Shown here in pieces: positions 11,094 to 21,080 of a DNA stretch of 62,048 nucleotides. Every line of letters begins with the position of its first letter. The stretch's first letter is position 1. Position numbers and translations under genes: made by a program. The stretch spans positions 1 to 62,048 of the forward strand of contig CANKYV010000006.1 of NCBI GenBank assembly GCA_947487955.1. The letters run 5' to 3'. This stretch comes from Alphaproteobacteria bacterium. GTDB taxonomy: Bacteria > Pseudomonadota > Alphaproteobacteria > Paracaedibacterales > CAITNM01. Under the pieces are notes generated by a model. The model was given only the letters and a program-made list of their open reading frames with translations. It was not told the origin of the DNA and did no database searches.

Positions 11094-12284
11094 TTAACGT
11101 ACTTTCACATAAATCTTTTCTTCGCGTTCACCAAATTTTTCAATATCACGTAACTCAAATCCATACGATTCAAGCTGACTTGTAAGGACTAAATATGTTA
11201 TAAAAATTCCCCCAATGTCTAAGCTATTAGCAATTCGTTCTAATCGATCACTAAGCATATATGCATGATCAATAATACATTTAATAGGACTTCTTCCTTC
11301 ATTTTTTAATTTTATTAATGCATCCCAAAATTCAGGTGTAGTTGCATCTGCATGAATGTCAGCATGAGCAGCTCCATCGTATTCAATCGTAGCCTCAAGT
11401 CTACCGTCAGTTAAAGCAACAGCGATCTGTCTGTTGTGATCACATAAGCAATGCTGACAATCATGAACAAATGTTTTGTTTGTATATTTTTTTAAAAATT
11501 CATCTGCAAAATGATTTAGTGTCTCTGGTACATCAGCAATTAAAGAATGTCCACACCCAATCACTAACGTATCTGAAGGACCTTCTAATTCTATATATTT
11601 AGAAATTGATTGAGCTAATGTATGATTCTCATCTTTTTGCGCGCCAAAAAGATGATCATCACCTGCAACTAAACCCTCGACTAATAAAGTCATACGCATG
11701 CTGATAAGCACATCATCAGTATAGGCATTTGGTGCAAAAAATATTTTACCTAAAAAGTGCTTTAGTAGAGCACTATTGCCTCCTCTTGTTTCTAGGCGAT
11801 GGTTGTAAGCTGCAATGACTCTTTGATACTGACTCATTCTTTGAGTAATACATGCTTCAAAACCAGTAGTAACGGTTTCATCTCCATTTAACAAATTTAG
11901 GATTCCTGCATACATCCCATCGCTATCAACTGTACCGATAAGCGGCGCAGCGTGTCTCTCTCCTTTAAATGATGTGCTATAGTCTTGTCGCATTTGTTCT
12001 TTAAAAAACTCAGTAGCAAACAGCTCGTCTCTTGAAAAAACTAAAGAAGCTAACTGAATAGATTCTAAATTTTTTTTAATAGCCTCAGCTATAGGATGCC
12101 CCGGAAATGCATCAGCAAATCTTTCCCAATGCGTCTTTTCAAATGAGAGAATTTTAAAATATGCGGGTATACTCCGGCCTAGGCTTGCGTCTTGTTCAGC
12201 GATTTCTTGAGTTTCAGCAGCATAAAAAGATGCAATAAAAAAAAGCATCGCTGTAATTTTTTTTAAGTATTTCTTCAAAAACAT
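11094..12284 (-). CDS. Secreted hypothetical protein, possible C-terminal methyltransferase-like fold
   Basis: Signal-like MFLKKYLKKITAMLFFIASFYA. LVIGCG and L..GG.FI motifs resemble class I SAM-binding folds. Confidence 0.55.
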   Translation of the reverse strand: MFLKKYLKKITAMLFFIASFYAAETQEIAEQDASLGRSIPAYFKILSFEKTHWERFADAFPGHPIAEAIKKNLESIQLASLVFSRDELFATEFFKEQMRQDYSTSFKGERHAAPLIGTVDSDGMYAGILNLLNGDETVTTGFEACITQRMSQYQRVIAAYNHRLETRGGNSALLKHFLGKIFFAPNAYTDDVLISMRMTLLVEGLVAGDDHLFGAQKDENHTLAQSISKYIELEGPSDTLVIGCGHSLIADVPETLNHFADEFLKKYTNKTFVHDCQHCLCDHNRQIAVALTDGRLEATIEYDGAAHADIHADATTPEFWDALIKLKNEGRSPIKCIIDHAYMLSDRLERIANSLDIGGIFITYLVLTSQLESYGFELRDIEKFGEREEKIYVKVR

Positions 12285-12406
12285 AAGAGTAACTGCAGAG
12301 GTATAAATAACTACAGTTAATATTACGTATGAATAATTTTTAAATAGTTAAATTTAAAAATTTTTATTTTATATTTTAATGAAATTATTTATTTTACAAG
12401 TATGTA

Positions 12407-13312
12407 TTAACCATAAATAGCTCGCTCATGCTCTGGATTTTGAGCTAGCAAAACAGATGCTTGCAGGCGATGAGCCCCATCAAGGTGAGCACCATAAGTA
12501 TAGCGCATAAATTTTTCTACAGCTTGAGCTGAGTGAGCATAATTTTGTGGATCTTTTAACGCTTCTTGGTACAAAAATTGATGCAACAGATATCCCAAAA
12601 ATGTATCATCACTTTGTTTTAATATCTCTTGAATAGATGATTTCAAATCATTCAAATTAGTAATATGTAAGAGCTTTTTAATGGATTGCAACACAGAAGC
12701 CCCACCAGCCACTTGGATTTTTTGGTAAACACCAGGCGCTCCTGCAGCCATGTTAAGAATAGCTGAATCAACTTCGCCTCCTTGCTGCTTAATTACCTCT
12801 TCCATATCCGCATGTGACAACGGCTTAAAATCAACTTTAATACAACGAGAACGAATTGTTGGCAAAACACTTCCAAGGCTATGACAAACAAGTAAAAAGA
12901 ACGTGTCTTGCGGCGGCTCCTCTAAAATTTTTAGTAAAGCGTTTGCTGCCTGTCGGTTCATTTGATCAATAGCATCAATCACCACAATTCTTGGCCCAGA
13001 TATAGCAGCTTTTTGCTTTAAGCTATTTAAAAGGGTGCGCGCCTGTTCAATAGTGATTTCATGCTTTTGCTTTCCATCGTCATCCGTAACTTGAGAAATA
13101 TAGAAATAATTAGGATAAGATCCATTTGCACATTGCTGCTGCACTATATTTGGACTAAATGGACTAAACTTTATCAGCGTGGCAATCGCCAAGTGTTTTG
13201 CGGCTAAAGCTTTCCCAATACCTATAATACCATTTAACAAAAAAGCGTGATGCTGATGGTTTTCAAGAGCTGTTTCTAGAGCAGCGTAAGATGATGCATG
13301 GCCAATAATCAT
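12407..13312 (-). CDS. holB: DNA polymerase III subunit delta'
   Basis: HHAFLLNG..GIGK, AANALLKILEEPP and LPTIRSRC. Confidence 0.92.
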   Translation of the reverse strand: MIIGHASSYAALETALENHQHHAFLLNGIIGIGKALAAKHLAIATLIKFSPFSPNIVQQQCANGSYPNYFYISQVTDDDGKQKHEITIEQARTLLNSLKQKAAISGPRIVVIDAIDQMNRQAANALLKILEEPPQDTFFLLVCHSLGSVLPTIRSRCIKVDFKPLSHADMEEVIKQQGGEVDSAILNMAAGAPGVYQKIQVAGGASVLQSIKKLLHITNLNDLKSSIQEILKQSDDTFLGYLLHQFLYQEALKDPQNYAHSAQAVEKFMRYTYGAHLDGAHRLQASVLLAQNPEHERAIYG

Positions 13313-13361
13313 TGTGCTACCCTAGCTTGAAACTAAAAAAAAAGAAACTTTTTAATAATGC

Positions 13362-13652
13362 TTAATCACCCACGATAATTGTTGGCGAGCCAATCACAAT
13401 TTTACCACCGTGCCCACACAAATCTCCCATGCGCACCATTGGTTTTCCTTGCGCCATTACTGTAGCACTTCCCACGGCGACTTTATCAGGAGGGCCAACG
13501 CAGACAGACATATTATTGGTATTGACCGCAGGAGGACCGGCTACTAATACAGTCACAGCCATTCCAATAGTTGGCCCACCCACATGAGGCACCACGCCCG
13601 TTACCTTTGGACAAACATGTAAAGATCCAAGAAATGCTGCTGGTTTTCCCAT
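13362..13652 (-). CDS. PAAR-domain spike-tip protein
   Basis: PAAF/PAVN/PMVR repeats, HVCP...PHVGGP and CGHGG metal-ligand motifs. Confidence 0.9.
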   Translation of the reverse strand: MGKPAAFLGSLHVCPKVTGVVPHVGGPTIGMAVTVLVAGPPAVNTNNMSVCVGPPDKVAVGSATVMAQGKPMVRMGDLCGHGGKIVIGSPTIIVGD

Positions 13653-13655
13653 TTA

Positions 13656-14861
13656 CTACCTCGATTTCAATGCTCGCAAAGGCGCTTCAATTTCACTAAG
13701 TTCATCCAACGTGTGAGGATTTGGATCAAGTTCTTGGAATCGCCTTGCACTAACAAGAACTCGCTGTTCAAATGAACCTACTGTATTGTTATACGCTTCC
13801 ACTGCTGTTTCAAGTCCCTTCCCCATTCGTCCTAAGTGCCCTGTCATATCACCTAAGCGTTTGTATAATTCTTGTCCTAAAACAGAAATAGCTTTTGCAT
13901 TTTCTGCAATATTTTCTTGACGCCAACCATAAGCAACAGCCCTAAGCAGCGCTATTAAAGTAGTCGGTGTTGCCATCAGCACTTTTTCATTAACACCTGC
14001 TTCAATTAAACCAGGATCAGCTTGCAAAGCAGCACTAAACATTGCCTCATTTGGAATAAAAAGCACAACAAATTCAGGGCTATTTTCAAACTGTTCAAAG
14101 TAGCTTTTTTGTGAAAGCTGGCGAATATGATTGCGCACATGACGTGCATGATCTTGTAGTTTTAAAGCTTTTTGTGCATCATCTTGAGTTTCTAAAGCAT
14201 CAAGATAAGCAGCAAGTGGGGTTTTTGCATCAATAACAAGGGTTTTACCAGCAGGCAAACGCACAATCATATCAGGCCTCAATTTACCATCACCGCTAGA
14301 AACTTGCTCATAAAAATCAACATGATCAACCATACCAGCCATCTCAATCACGCGTTTAAGCTGCATTTCTCCCCACTGCCCTCTAGCATGTGGCGTTCTC
14401 AATGCTTTTACTAAAGTTGCTGTTTCTTGACGCAAATCTTTTTGGGAAATAACCATGTCTGTTAGTTGACGTCTTAAGTCAGCAAATGCCTCAATACGGT
14501 GTTTTTCAACAGTTTGTACTTGGGTGTTAACCTGCTCTAAAGATTTTGAAATTGGCTCTAGTAAATGCTTAAATTGTTCTTGGCGCTGTTCAAAAGTTAA
14601 ATTTGCTTTTTCCAAAACTCCATCAAATTGCGCTTTAGCAAGTCCAAGAAACTGATTCGACTGATTAATCAAAGCTTGTTGAGTTAAACGCTCAATTTGC
14701 TGCTGCCACATTTGCTGAATCTGTTGATCTGTTTGCGTTTGACTTTTTAATTGAATATTTTCTAAAAGTAATCTTTGTTTTTGCTTCCATACTAAAATTA
14801 AGCAGATTCCCAAAATTATTCCAATTGCAGTAGTTACGCAGATTAAAATTTGATCAAACAC
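13656..14861 (-). CDS. rmuC: DNA recombination protein RmuC
   Basis: N-terminal TM and coiled coil, RGQWGEMQL, LRPD...IDAKTP and TPTTLIALL. Confidence 0.93.
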   Translation of the reverse strand: MFDQILICVTTAIGIILGICLILVWKQKQRLLLENIQLKSQTQTDQQIQQMWQQQIERLTQQALINQSNQFLGLAKAQFDGVLEKANLTFEQRQEQFKHLLEPISKSLEQVNTQVQTVEKHRIEAFADLRRQLTDMVISQKDLRQETATLVKALRTPHARGQWGEMQLKRVIEMAGMVDHVDFYEQVSSGDGKLRPDMIVRLPAGKTLVIDAKTPLAAYLDALETQDDAQKALKLQDHARHVRNHIRQLSQKSYFEQFENSPEFVVLFIPNEAMFSAALQADPGLIEAGVNEKVLMATPTTLIALLRAVAYGWRQENIAENAKAISVLGQELYKRLGDMTGHLGRMGKGLETAVEAYNNTVGSFEQRVLVSARRFQELDPNPHTLDELSEIEAPLRALKSR

Positions 14862-14996
14862 TTAACACCATCAACAAAAATTTAAAAATTAATTCTTCAT
14901 GTTCACTTCATAATAAAAATTCGAACATTTATGCTTATAATATTTTCTGTTATGATTTTAGCGTATATTATATTAAAACCAAAGGAGAATTAAATA

Positions 14997-15428
14997 ATGA
15001 GGATAGTGAAATATTTGGCCATTTTTTCGATGCTGGCAAGTTTAACCCCAATGGAGAATAACAATGGACCACAAGCACATAACCCAGAGCACAGCACCAA
15101 AAATGTAGGACTTACAATTCGCAATTCTGAACAGAGTCACGATAGAAACCACTTCATTGAAGTTGAAATACGTGGAGGTCCCTCAGGAAATGAGGTTCTT
15201 TTTCGCACTGAATTTCCCGCTGATGCATGTCCCCACAGCCTTGATATTCCAGAAGGAGAAACAAGCATTTCAGCTTCTAACCTCATCGTAAGATTAAAAG
15301 AAAATGGCAGGATTATTTCGGATCAGCCATACTCAGTAGCTTTTTCTCTTGAAAATCTTATTAGTTTAGAAATAAATCTTGCTGGTAACCAAGCTAGAAT
15401 TGAGCCAATTCTTGGAGCACATCACTAA
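14997..15428 (+). CDS. Secreted hypothetical protein
   Basis: Strong RBS (AAAGGAG), signal-like N-terminus and a downstream terminator. Confidence 0.7.
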   Translation: MRIVKYLAIFSMLASLTPMENNNGPQAHNPEHSTKNVGLTIRNSEQSHDRNHFIEVEIRGGPSGNEVLFRTEFPADACPHSLDIPEGETSISASNLIVRLKENGRIISDQPYSVAFSLENLISLEINLAGNQARIEPILGAHH

Positions 15429-15436
15429 ATCCACTA

Positions 15437-15462
15437 AGTGGGTGTAAAGCACCCACTCTTTT
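15437..15462 (+). terminator. Rho-independent terminator
   Basis: AGTGGGTG-TAAAG-CACCCACT hairpin followed by CTTTT. Confidence 0.7.
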
Positions 15463-15568
15463 AGTCAGCTCTCTCTAACCCTTGCAACATTGATTGCGCT
15501 TGCATTACAAATTTGATATGTTTGTGGCTTATTGATCCATTTGGCCACTCTCCATTGTTGCTAGCAAT

Positions 15569-16795
15569 ATGTTAAAGATTTTTAAAAGCAAGATTCCCTT
15601 GTCTATCTGGGCTATTGGCTTTGCAAGCATGCTCTTAAACATATCTACAGTTATGATTTTTGGCGTTGCAGCCTTGTATATAAAAGAAATTCTGGGAGTT
15701 GCCACTGGAATCATGCTTCTATTAGAAGGTTTTTTTGAAGCAGTTGCTTATTTAATGAAGCTATTTTCAGGTGTCATTAGCGATTATTTGCGACGCAGAA
15801 AATCTATTATTGTCTGGGGTATAGCTTTAAGCGTTATTGCCAGACCCATATTTGCTTTGTTTTCAAATTTAGCAGCCATACTAACAGCACGTATTCTTGA
15901 CCGTTTGGGAAATGGTATCCACGCAACTCCTCGTGACGCATTGGTTAGTGACCTTGCTCCAGAAGATATAAAAGGTGCGTGTTTTGGCCTTAGGCAAAGT
16001 TTAGCAGTGGCTGGATCATTTATAGGTGGTTTTTTAGGTATTTGGTGCATGACCGCAACAAATACGAATTTTCAAGCTGTCTTTGCTGTTGCTAGCATCC
16101 CTGCGCTTCTTGGACTTTTGCTGGTGATATTTTTTGTAAAAGATCCTAAAGATATGGAAAAAAATGCAACTAAGAAAAAACCTATTCGACACCCTATTCG
16201 TTTTAATGATTTGAAGCGTTTGGGTAAGCCGTACTGGGTTTTGATGCTAATTGTTCTTACTTTCATGAGTGCGCGCGTTGGCGAGTCTGTGTTGGTACTA
16301 CACGCAACAGGTAGCTTTAATCTAGATCAAAATTTTTCTCATGCTGTTATGATTTTATATAACGGTGTAAATACAATGTGCTCTTATCCAGTTGGATATT
16401 TATCCGACCGATTTGGTCGTTATGGCTTTCTGGGCTTAAGCTTTTTTGTATTAATGCTTGCTGATTGTTTCTTAGGTTTTGCACAAAACCTTACCACCAT
16501 GATGGTTGGAGTTGCATTATGGGGCGTTCAAATTGGCATGAGCCAAAGTATGTTTTTAAGTCTGATTGCTGACTATGTACCCGAAGATTTACGTGGAACA
16601 GGCATTGGTTTTTTCTATCTTATTAGTGCTGTAGCTTTGATTCTAGCAGGTGCTATTGGTGGAGCTGCAGCACACATATACAGCCAATTTGCTACATTTA
16701 TTACAAGCGGCATAATAAGCTTAATAGCACTTTTAATGCTTGTAGTTTTCCATAAAACTTTGCAAAATGGGGCGTTCCAGTCAACTCAAAATTGA
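15569..16795 (+). CDS. MFS transporter
   Basis: About 12 TM segments; SGVISDYLRRRK, RILDRLGNG..ATPRDA and GYLSDRFGR. Confidence 0.9.
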   Translation: MLKIFKSKIPLSIWAIGFASMLLNISTVMIFGVAALYIKEILGVATGIMLLLEGFFEAVAYLMKLFSGVISDYLRRRKSIIVWGIALSVIARPIFALFSNLAAILTARILDRLGNGIHATPRDALVSDLAPEDIKGACFGLRQSLAVAGSFIGGFLGIWCMTATNTNFQAVFAVASIPALLGLLLVIFFVKDPKDMEKNATKKKPIRHPIRFNDLKRLGKPYWVLMLIVLTFMSARVGESVLVLHATGSFNLDQNFSHAVMILYNGVNTMCSYPVGYLSDRFGRYGFLGLSFFVLMLADCFLGFAQNLTTMMVGVALWGVQIGMSQSMFLSLIADYVPEDLRGTGIGFFYLISAVALILAGAIGGAAAHIYSQFATFITSGIISLIALLMLVVFHKTLQNGAFQSTQN

Positions 16796-18063
16796 GAGCA
16801 GGTATGCTACAACGTATAAAAGTTACTATAGCGATACTGATAGGTAATATTCTTGACTACTATGATTTCTTATTATTCGCCCATTTTGGACCTATTATCA
16901 CACCTTATTTTTTCCTCGAAACCAACTCAAAAGAATCGCACATACTAAGCCTTTTTTTATTCGGCGGTGCATTTGTGATAAGACCTATCGGGGGCATTAT
17001 TTTTGGATATATTTCAGATGTTTTTAATAGAAAAACAGCACTTCTTCGGGCTGTACAATGTGCAATTTTTCCAGCTTTAGCGATCGCTCTTCTGCCTAGT
17101 TATGAATATATTGGTTTTATAGCAAGTTGCCTGTTTGTAATTTTTCGATTGCTTCAAGGATTTTCACTAGGTGGAGAATACACGAACGCAGGAACTTACC
17201 TGATGGAATATCATAAAAAAAGACGCGGACTTATAAGCGGACTTTTATCAGCTTCTGGGACAATTGGTAGTTTAATGGGCCTTGGAGCATCAGCCATTTG
17301 TGTCTTTTATCAAGAGATAATCCCCTGGCTTTGGCGCATTGCATTTTTATTAGGAGGACTTGCTGCTTTCTGGAGCATTAGCATGCGCCGTCTTTTAGTA
17401 GACATTTTGCCAGAAAATCACCATCCAGAATCAAAAATAAAAGATAAATTTGGGTATCTTTGGCTGCGCAGATCATTAGTAATTTTTATTGGAATACTCG
17501 TTGGTACAACAAATTGGTTGCCGGCTACCTACACAAATTTTTATGTTACAAAAATTTTAAATCAGCCAACTACAACCGGATTGCAATGCACTATGATTTC
17601 TCTAGTTGGTTATGTTGTATTATCACCTGTTATGGGACTTATGGCAGACAGAACAAAACGCCATGAGCAATTCATGAGGATTGCAGCTTTACTTGTTGTT
17701 CCTTTAAGCATAGTTGGATTTATGCTGCTAAAACAAGGACACTATTATCTAGCACAAATACTTTTAGTGATTGCATCATCCAGTTTTGGTGCGGCAATTC
17801 ACCCAGTTATGAATAGTTTGTTTCCAGCTTCTGTGCGTGCTAGAAATGTATCATTACTATTTACAATTGGCTTAAGTATTGGAGGCATGACACCCGGCAT
17901 GATGAGCTATTTTGTCGACAAAACAGGATTACACCTTATACCCGCATTTTTTGTTAGTATATTAGCTGCTTGCACGGCTATGTTGTTTTTCATTTATGAA
18001 GAACGAAGCTCAAAAAATTTTTTGCAACCAAATAAAATAAAGTTATTTTCAAGTAACAGTTAA
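16792..18063 (+). CDS. MFS transporter, ProP/MHS-like
   Basis: GNILDYYDF, RPIGGIIFG and RLLQGFSLGGE. Confidence 0.9.
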   Translation: MRAGMLQRIKVTIAILIGNILDYYDFLLFAHFGPIITPYFFLETNSKESHILSLFLFGGAFVIRPIGGIIFGYISDVFNRKTALLRAVQCAIFPALAIALLPSYEYIGFIASCLFVIFRLLQGFSLGGEYTNAGTYLMEYHKKRRGLISGLLSASGTIGSLMGLGASAICVFYQEIIPWLWRIAFLLGGLAAFWSISMRRLLVDILPENHHPESKIKDKFGYLWLRRSLVIFIGILVGTTNWLPATYTNFYVTKILNQPTTTGLQCTMISLVGYVVLSPVMGLMADRTKRHEQFMRIAALLVVPLSIVGFMLLKQGHYYLAQILLVIASSSFGAAIHPVMNSLFPASVRARNVSLLFTIGLSIGGMTPGMMSYFVDKTGLHLIPAFFVSILAACTAMLFFIYEERSSKNFLQPNKIKLFSSNS

Positions 18064-18079
18064 CACTTTTGAGGTCATT

Positions 18080-19801
18080 ATGGGTCATGTCACCACTGCT
18101 ATAGATCTCACTCGTTCTAAATTTCCTGATACCGACTTTTATAACTTTTGGCAAATAGCAAGTGAAGTAACGAACCAAGATACAGTTGATACGCAATTCG
18201 CAAAAATTATTCAAGTTATTCAAAAGAATCAACAACCATTTCAATGCCATGCAAAAACTTCAGCATATAAACACCTTCATTTTTCAACAGTCTTTTCACT
18301 TAAAAAGCATGCTTTAGAATTTTTCAATCAAGAATTTGTACTAATTTGTGATGACATAACTATTTGGGATCATCTCATTAAAGTTACGGCTGCCAAACAA
18401 ATTAGCATTGCTTTAGACTGGACTTGCAAACTGTACAAGTATGCAACACAAAAAACATTAGTAAATGCACTAGAGATGCTTAAACATCCACATCTTACTC
18501 AAGATGAAGAATTTAATAAAATTATCACAGACTGGGAATATGCTCTTCGTAAAACGCAACAGCAATTACTTGATACTTATTTTCCAGATCATCCCTTATG
18601 CACTTATCTTTTAAAAATTATTCATCAAAATAAATTTATTGATACTTTCAAAGAGATCATTGAAAAATTACCTGAGTCAACTCAAGCACAAACAAATTTT
18701 CTTGCTGAATATATACATCTTCTAGATGGTAAAAACCATTGTGTTGAATGGTTCAAAAAGGCTGTGTATGTAAATACATGCTCTTCACAAATTCGCTTAG
18801 GGCTTCATGAAGCTTTAAAATTCACTCCCACTCAAGTTGTCTTTTGTTTAAGACACAACCAAATTCGACCACAACTAAGTCACCGACTATTTAAAGATAT
18901 TAAAAAAGAAAATTTAGCTGAACAACTTTTACAGTGGAAAGGCAACAACCCTTTAAATATTTTAAGTTATTCACAAGAAGCTGTTTTTTGCCATCCTTTA
19001 GTCAATAGTGATCACCAGCAAAAATACCAAGAAAAACGATTGCTACTGCTAGGTGAAAAACCAATTGCAAACCCTATTACTAGCAGTCGCCCTACTACCA
19101 TTAGCGCAACAGGTTTTAATTTATTAATGCAAGATCCTTATGGGTTTTACGCTCGATACATTTTAAAACTTCGCGCACTTGAGAGACTAACTAATAATAA
19201 CTTCGCAAAAGAATTTGGACTGGCAACGCACAAAACAATAGAACTATATTTAAAAAGCGGATTTGATGCTGCATTACAATATGCACATGCATTAAAATTG
19301 AGTAGTCATGAACTTTTGTGGAAAAATAAACTATTACGCATCTTAAATTGGGTGCATGACCAAATAAATGATTTGAGTCCAAACGAAATTCAAAGCGAAA
19401 AAGATTTTCAGACAATATTAGGTTCAATTACTTTAAAAGCAAGAATTGATGCATTACTCTTCATAACTGTTGGAAACTTGGTTGTAAATTTTAAAACAGG
19501 CATGCCTCCTGGAAAGACAGAAGTAACCAGTGGATATGCTCCTCAATTAGCTGTTGAAATGTTTTTGGGACATAAAGAATATGATCATCGGCCAATTCAA
19601 GCGGAGTTTTGGCAACTTAAAGGTACACAGCCCGTTGGAATCACCTCTTCAAGCCTTGCAATTCCAATGAATACACTGGAAACAGAACTTGAAAAAATCA
19701 TTTCTCATTATTTAGTGAGGAATTCTCAATTTTTAACTTGCCCATGGCCTTCAAAAACGCCAAAGTGTAACGAATATAAAAATTTGGAACGATTGACTTA
19801 A
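18080..19801 (+). CDS. addB: Reduced AddB-like protein (C-terminal PD-(D/E)XK domain)
   Basis: ISAT...LMQDPYGFYARYILKL, ARID, FKTG and PQL motifs of alphaproteobacterial AddB; lies near addA. Confidence 0.75.
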   Translation: MGHVTTAIDLTRSKFPDTDFYNFWQIASEVTNQDTVDTQFAKIIQVIQKNQQPFQCHAKTSAYKHLHFSTVFSLKKHALEFFNQEFVLICDDITIWDHLIKVTAAKQISIALDWTCKLYKYATQKTLVNALEMLKHPHLTQDEEFNKIITDWEYALRKTQQQLLDTYFPDHPLCTYLLKIIHQNKFIDTFKEIIEKLPESTQAQTNFLAEYIHLLDGKNHCVEWFKKAVYVNTCSSQIRLGLHEALKFTPTQVVFCLRHNQIRPQLSHRLFKDIKKENLAEQLLQWKGNNPLNILSYSQEAVFCHPLVNSDHQQKYQEKRLLLLGEKPIANPITSSRPTTISATGFNLLMQDPYGFYARYILKLRALERLTNNNFAKEFGLATHKTIELYLKSGFDAALQYAHALKLSSHELLWKNKLLRILNWVHDQINDLSPNEIQSEKDFQTILGSITLKARIDALLFITVGNLVVNFKTGMPPGKTEVTSGYAPQLAVEMFLGHKEYDHRPIQAEFWQLKGTQPVGITSSSLAIPMNTLETELEKIISHYLVRNSQFLTCPWPSKTPKCNEYKNLERLT

Positions 19802-21063
19802 TGAATGAAGAGAGAACATCTGCACACGCCTATCTAGCCTGGGGAGGCGTTGCGCTATTTTTTCTATATCAGTATGTGCTTCGCATTGCTCCTGGCCTTG
19901 TGGAGCCAGAACTTCGCAGCGCATTTTTTATGACTGCCAATGACTTTTCAACGCTTGGTTCATTTTTTATGTTTATCTATGCGATAGTGCAAATCCCCTG
20001 TGGCGTACTAATTGATAGAATCGGCGTGAAGCGGGTAGTTTTATCTAGCATTTTATTATGTTTAATTGGAAATGGTTTATTAATCATCGGTAACAACCTA
20101 TGGGAAGCGCAGATTAGTAGGCTATTTATGGGACTCGGATCCGCATCTGGCTATATAGGCTGCATGAAGATTGCCGCAGATAGCTTTCCAAGGTCTAACC
20201 GTGGATTCTTCATGGGAGCAGCGCTGACTCTTGGATTATTTGGACCTCTTTTAGCGGCAAAACCTCTATTAGTTCTTATAGAGGCTACAAGTTGGCGTTA
20301 TGCATTTACTGTGCTATCTGTAATCGGAGTGATTTTATGGTTTTCACTTGTTATTGTGATGCCCAAAGAAGCTATTAATCATCAAGCAGTTCTTAAGTGG
20401 AGTGAAATCAAAAAAAGCATTGCTCATGTATTTAAAACGCGTCCGATTCTAGCATATGCTATTACGACAACATGCTTTTTTTCACCTTTTTCTGTAATTG
20501 CGGATTTGTGGGGGGTATCATTTTTAATGAATCACTTTAATCTGCAACGAATCAATGCAGCTAATATCACAACATTAATTTACGTTGGAGCAGCAGTTAG
20601 CAGTTTAGTCATTCCTTGGCTGTGCGAACGATATAAGGAATATAATCGAGGTATTATTTATAGCTGGCTTGGCATGATAACTTGCTTAATTATTTTGTTG
20701 TACAGCGATTTGTCTGCATTTTCTTTGATTTTCATACTAATCCTTATAGGAATTTTCAGCAGTTCTGAAATTTTGTGTTTTGGTGCCGCTTCTCACTATA
20801 CAACACCAGAAACATCAGGCACCACTCTTGGTGTTATTAATACTTTTTGCGTAATGGGAAGCGCCTGCGTAATGCAAGCTGTAGGCTTTCTATTAGATGT
20901 AAAATGGAGCGGAAATATGGATGAACAAGGTATCAGACTGTACTCTAGCTGTGAGTATATTTTCGCACTCAGTTCAATTCTTGTTTTTGTTGGGATTTTG
21001 GGAGTTCTAGCTTTTTTCCTTTATAGACAAGGCCAAAAGCTCAGTCAAAATGAAATAAAGTAA
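19801..21063 (+). CDS. MFS transporter
   Basis: FFLYQYVLR, QIPCGVLIDRIG and about 12 TM segments. Confidence 0.9.
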   Translation: MNEERTSAHAYLAWGGVALFFLYQYVLRIAPGLVEPELRSAFFMTANDFSTLGSFFMFIYAIVQIPCGVLIDRIGVKRVVLSSILLCLIGNGLLIIGNNLWEAQISRLFMGLGSASGYIGCMKIAADSFPRSNRGFFMGAALTLGLFGPLLAAKPLLVLIEATSWRYAFTVLSVIGVILWFSLVIVMPKEAINHQAVLKWSEIKKSIAHVFKTRPILAYAITTTCFFSPFSVIADLWGVSFLMNHFNLQRINAANITTLIYVGAAVSSLVIPWLCERYKEYNRGIIYSWLGMITCLIILLYSDLSAFSLIFILILIGIFSSSEILCFGAASHYTTPETSGTTLGVINTFCVMGSACVMQAVGFLLDVKWSGNMDEQGIRLYSSCEYIFALSSILVFVGILGVLAFFLYRQGQKLSQNEIK

Positions 21064-21080
21064 TGAAATGATTACTTTTA

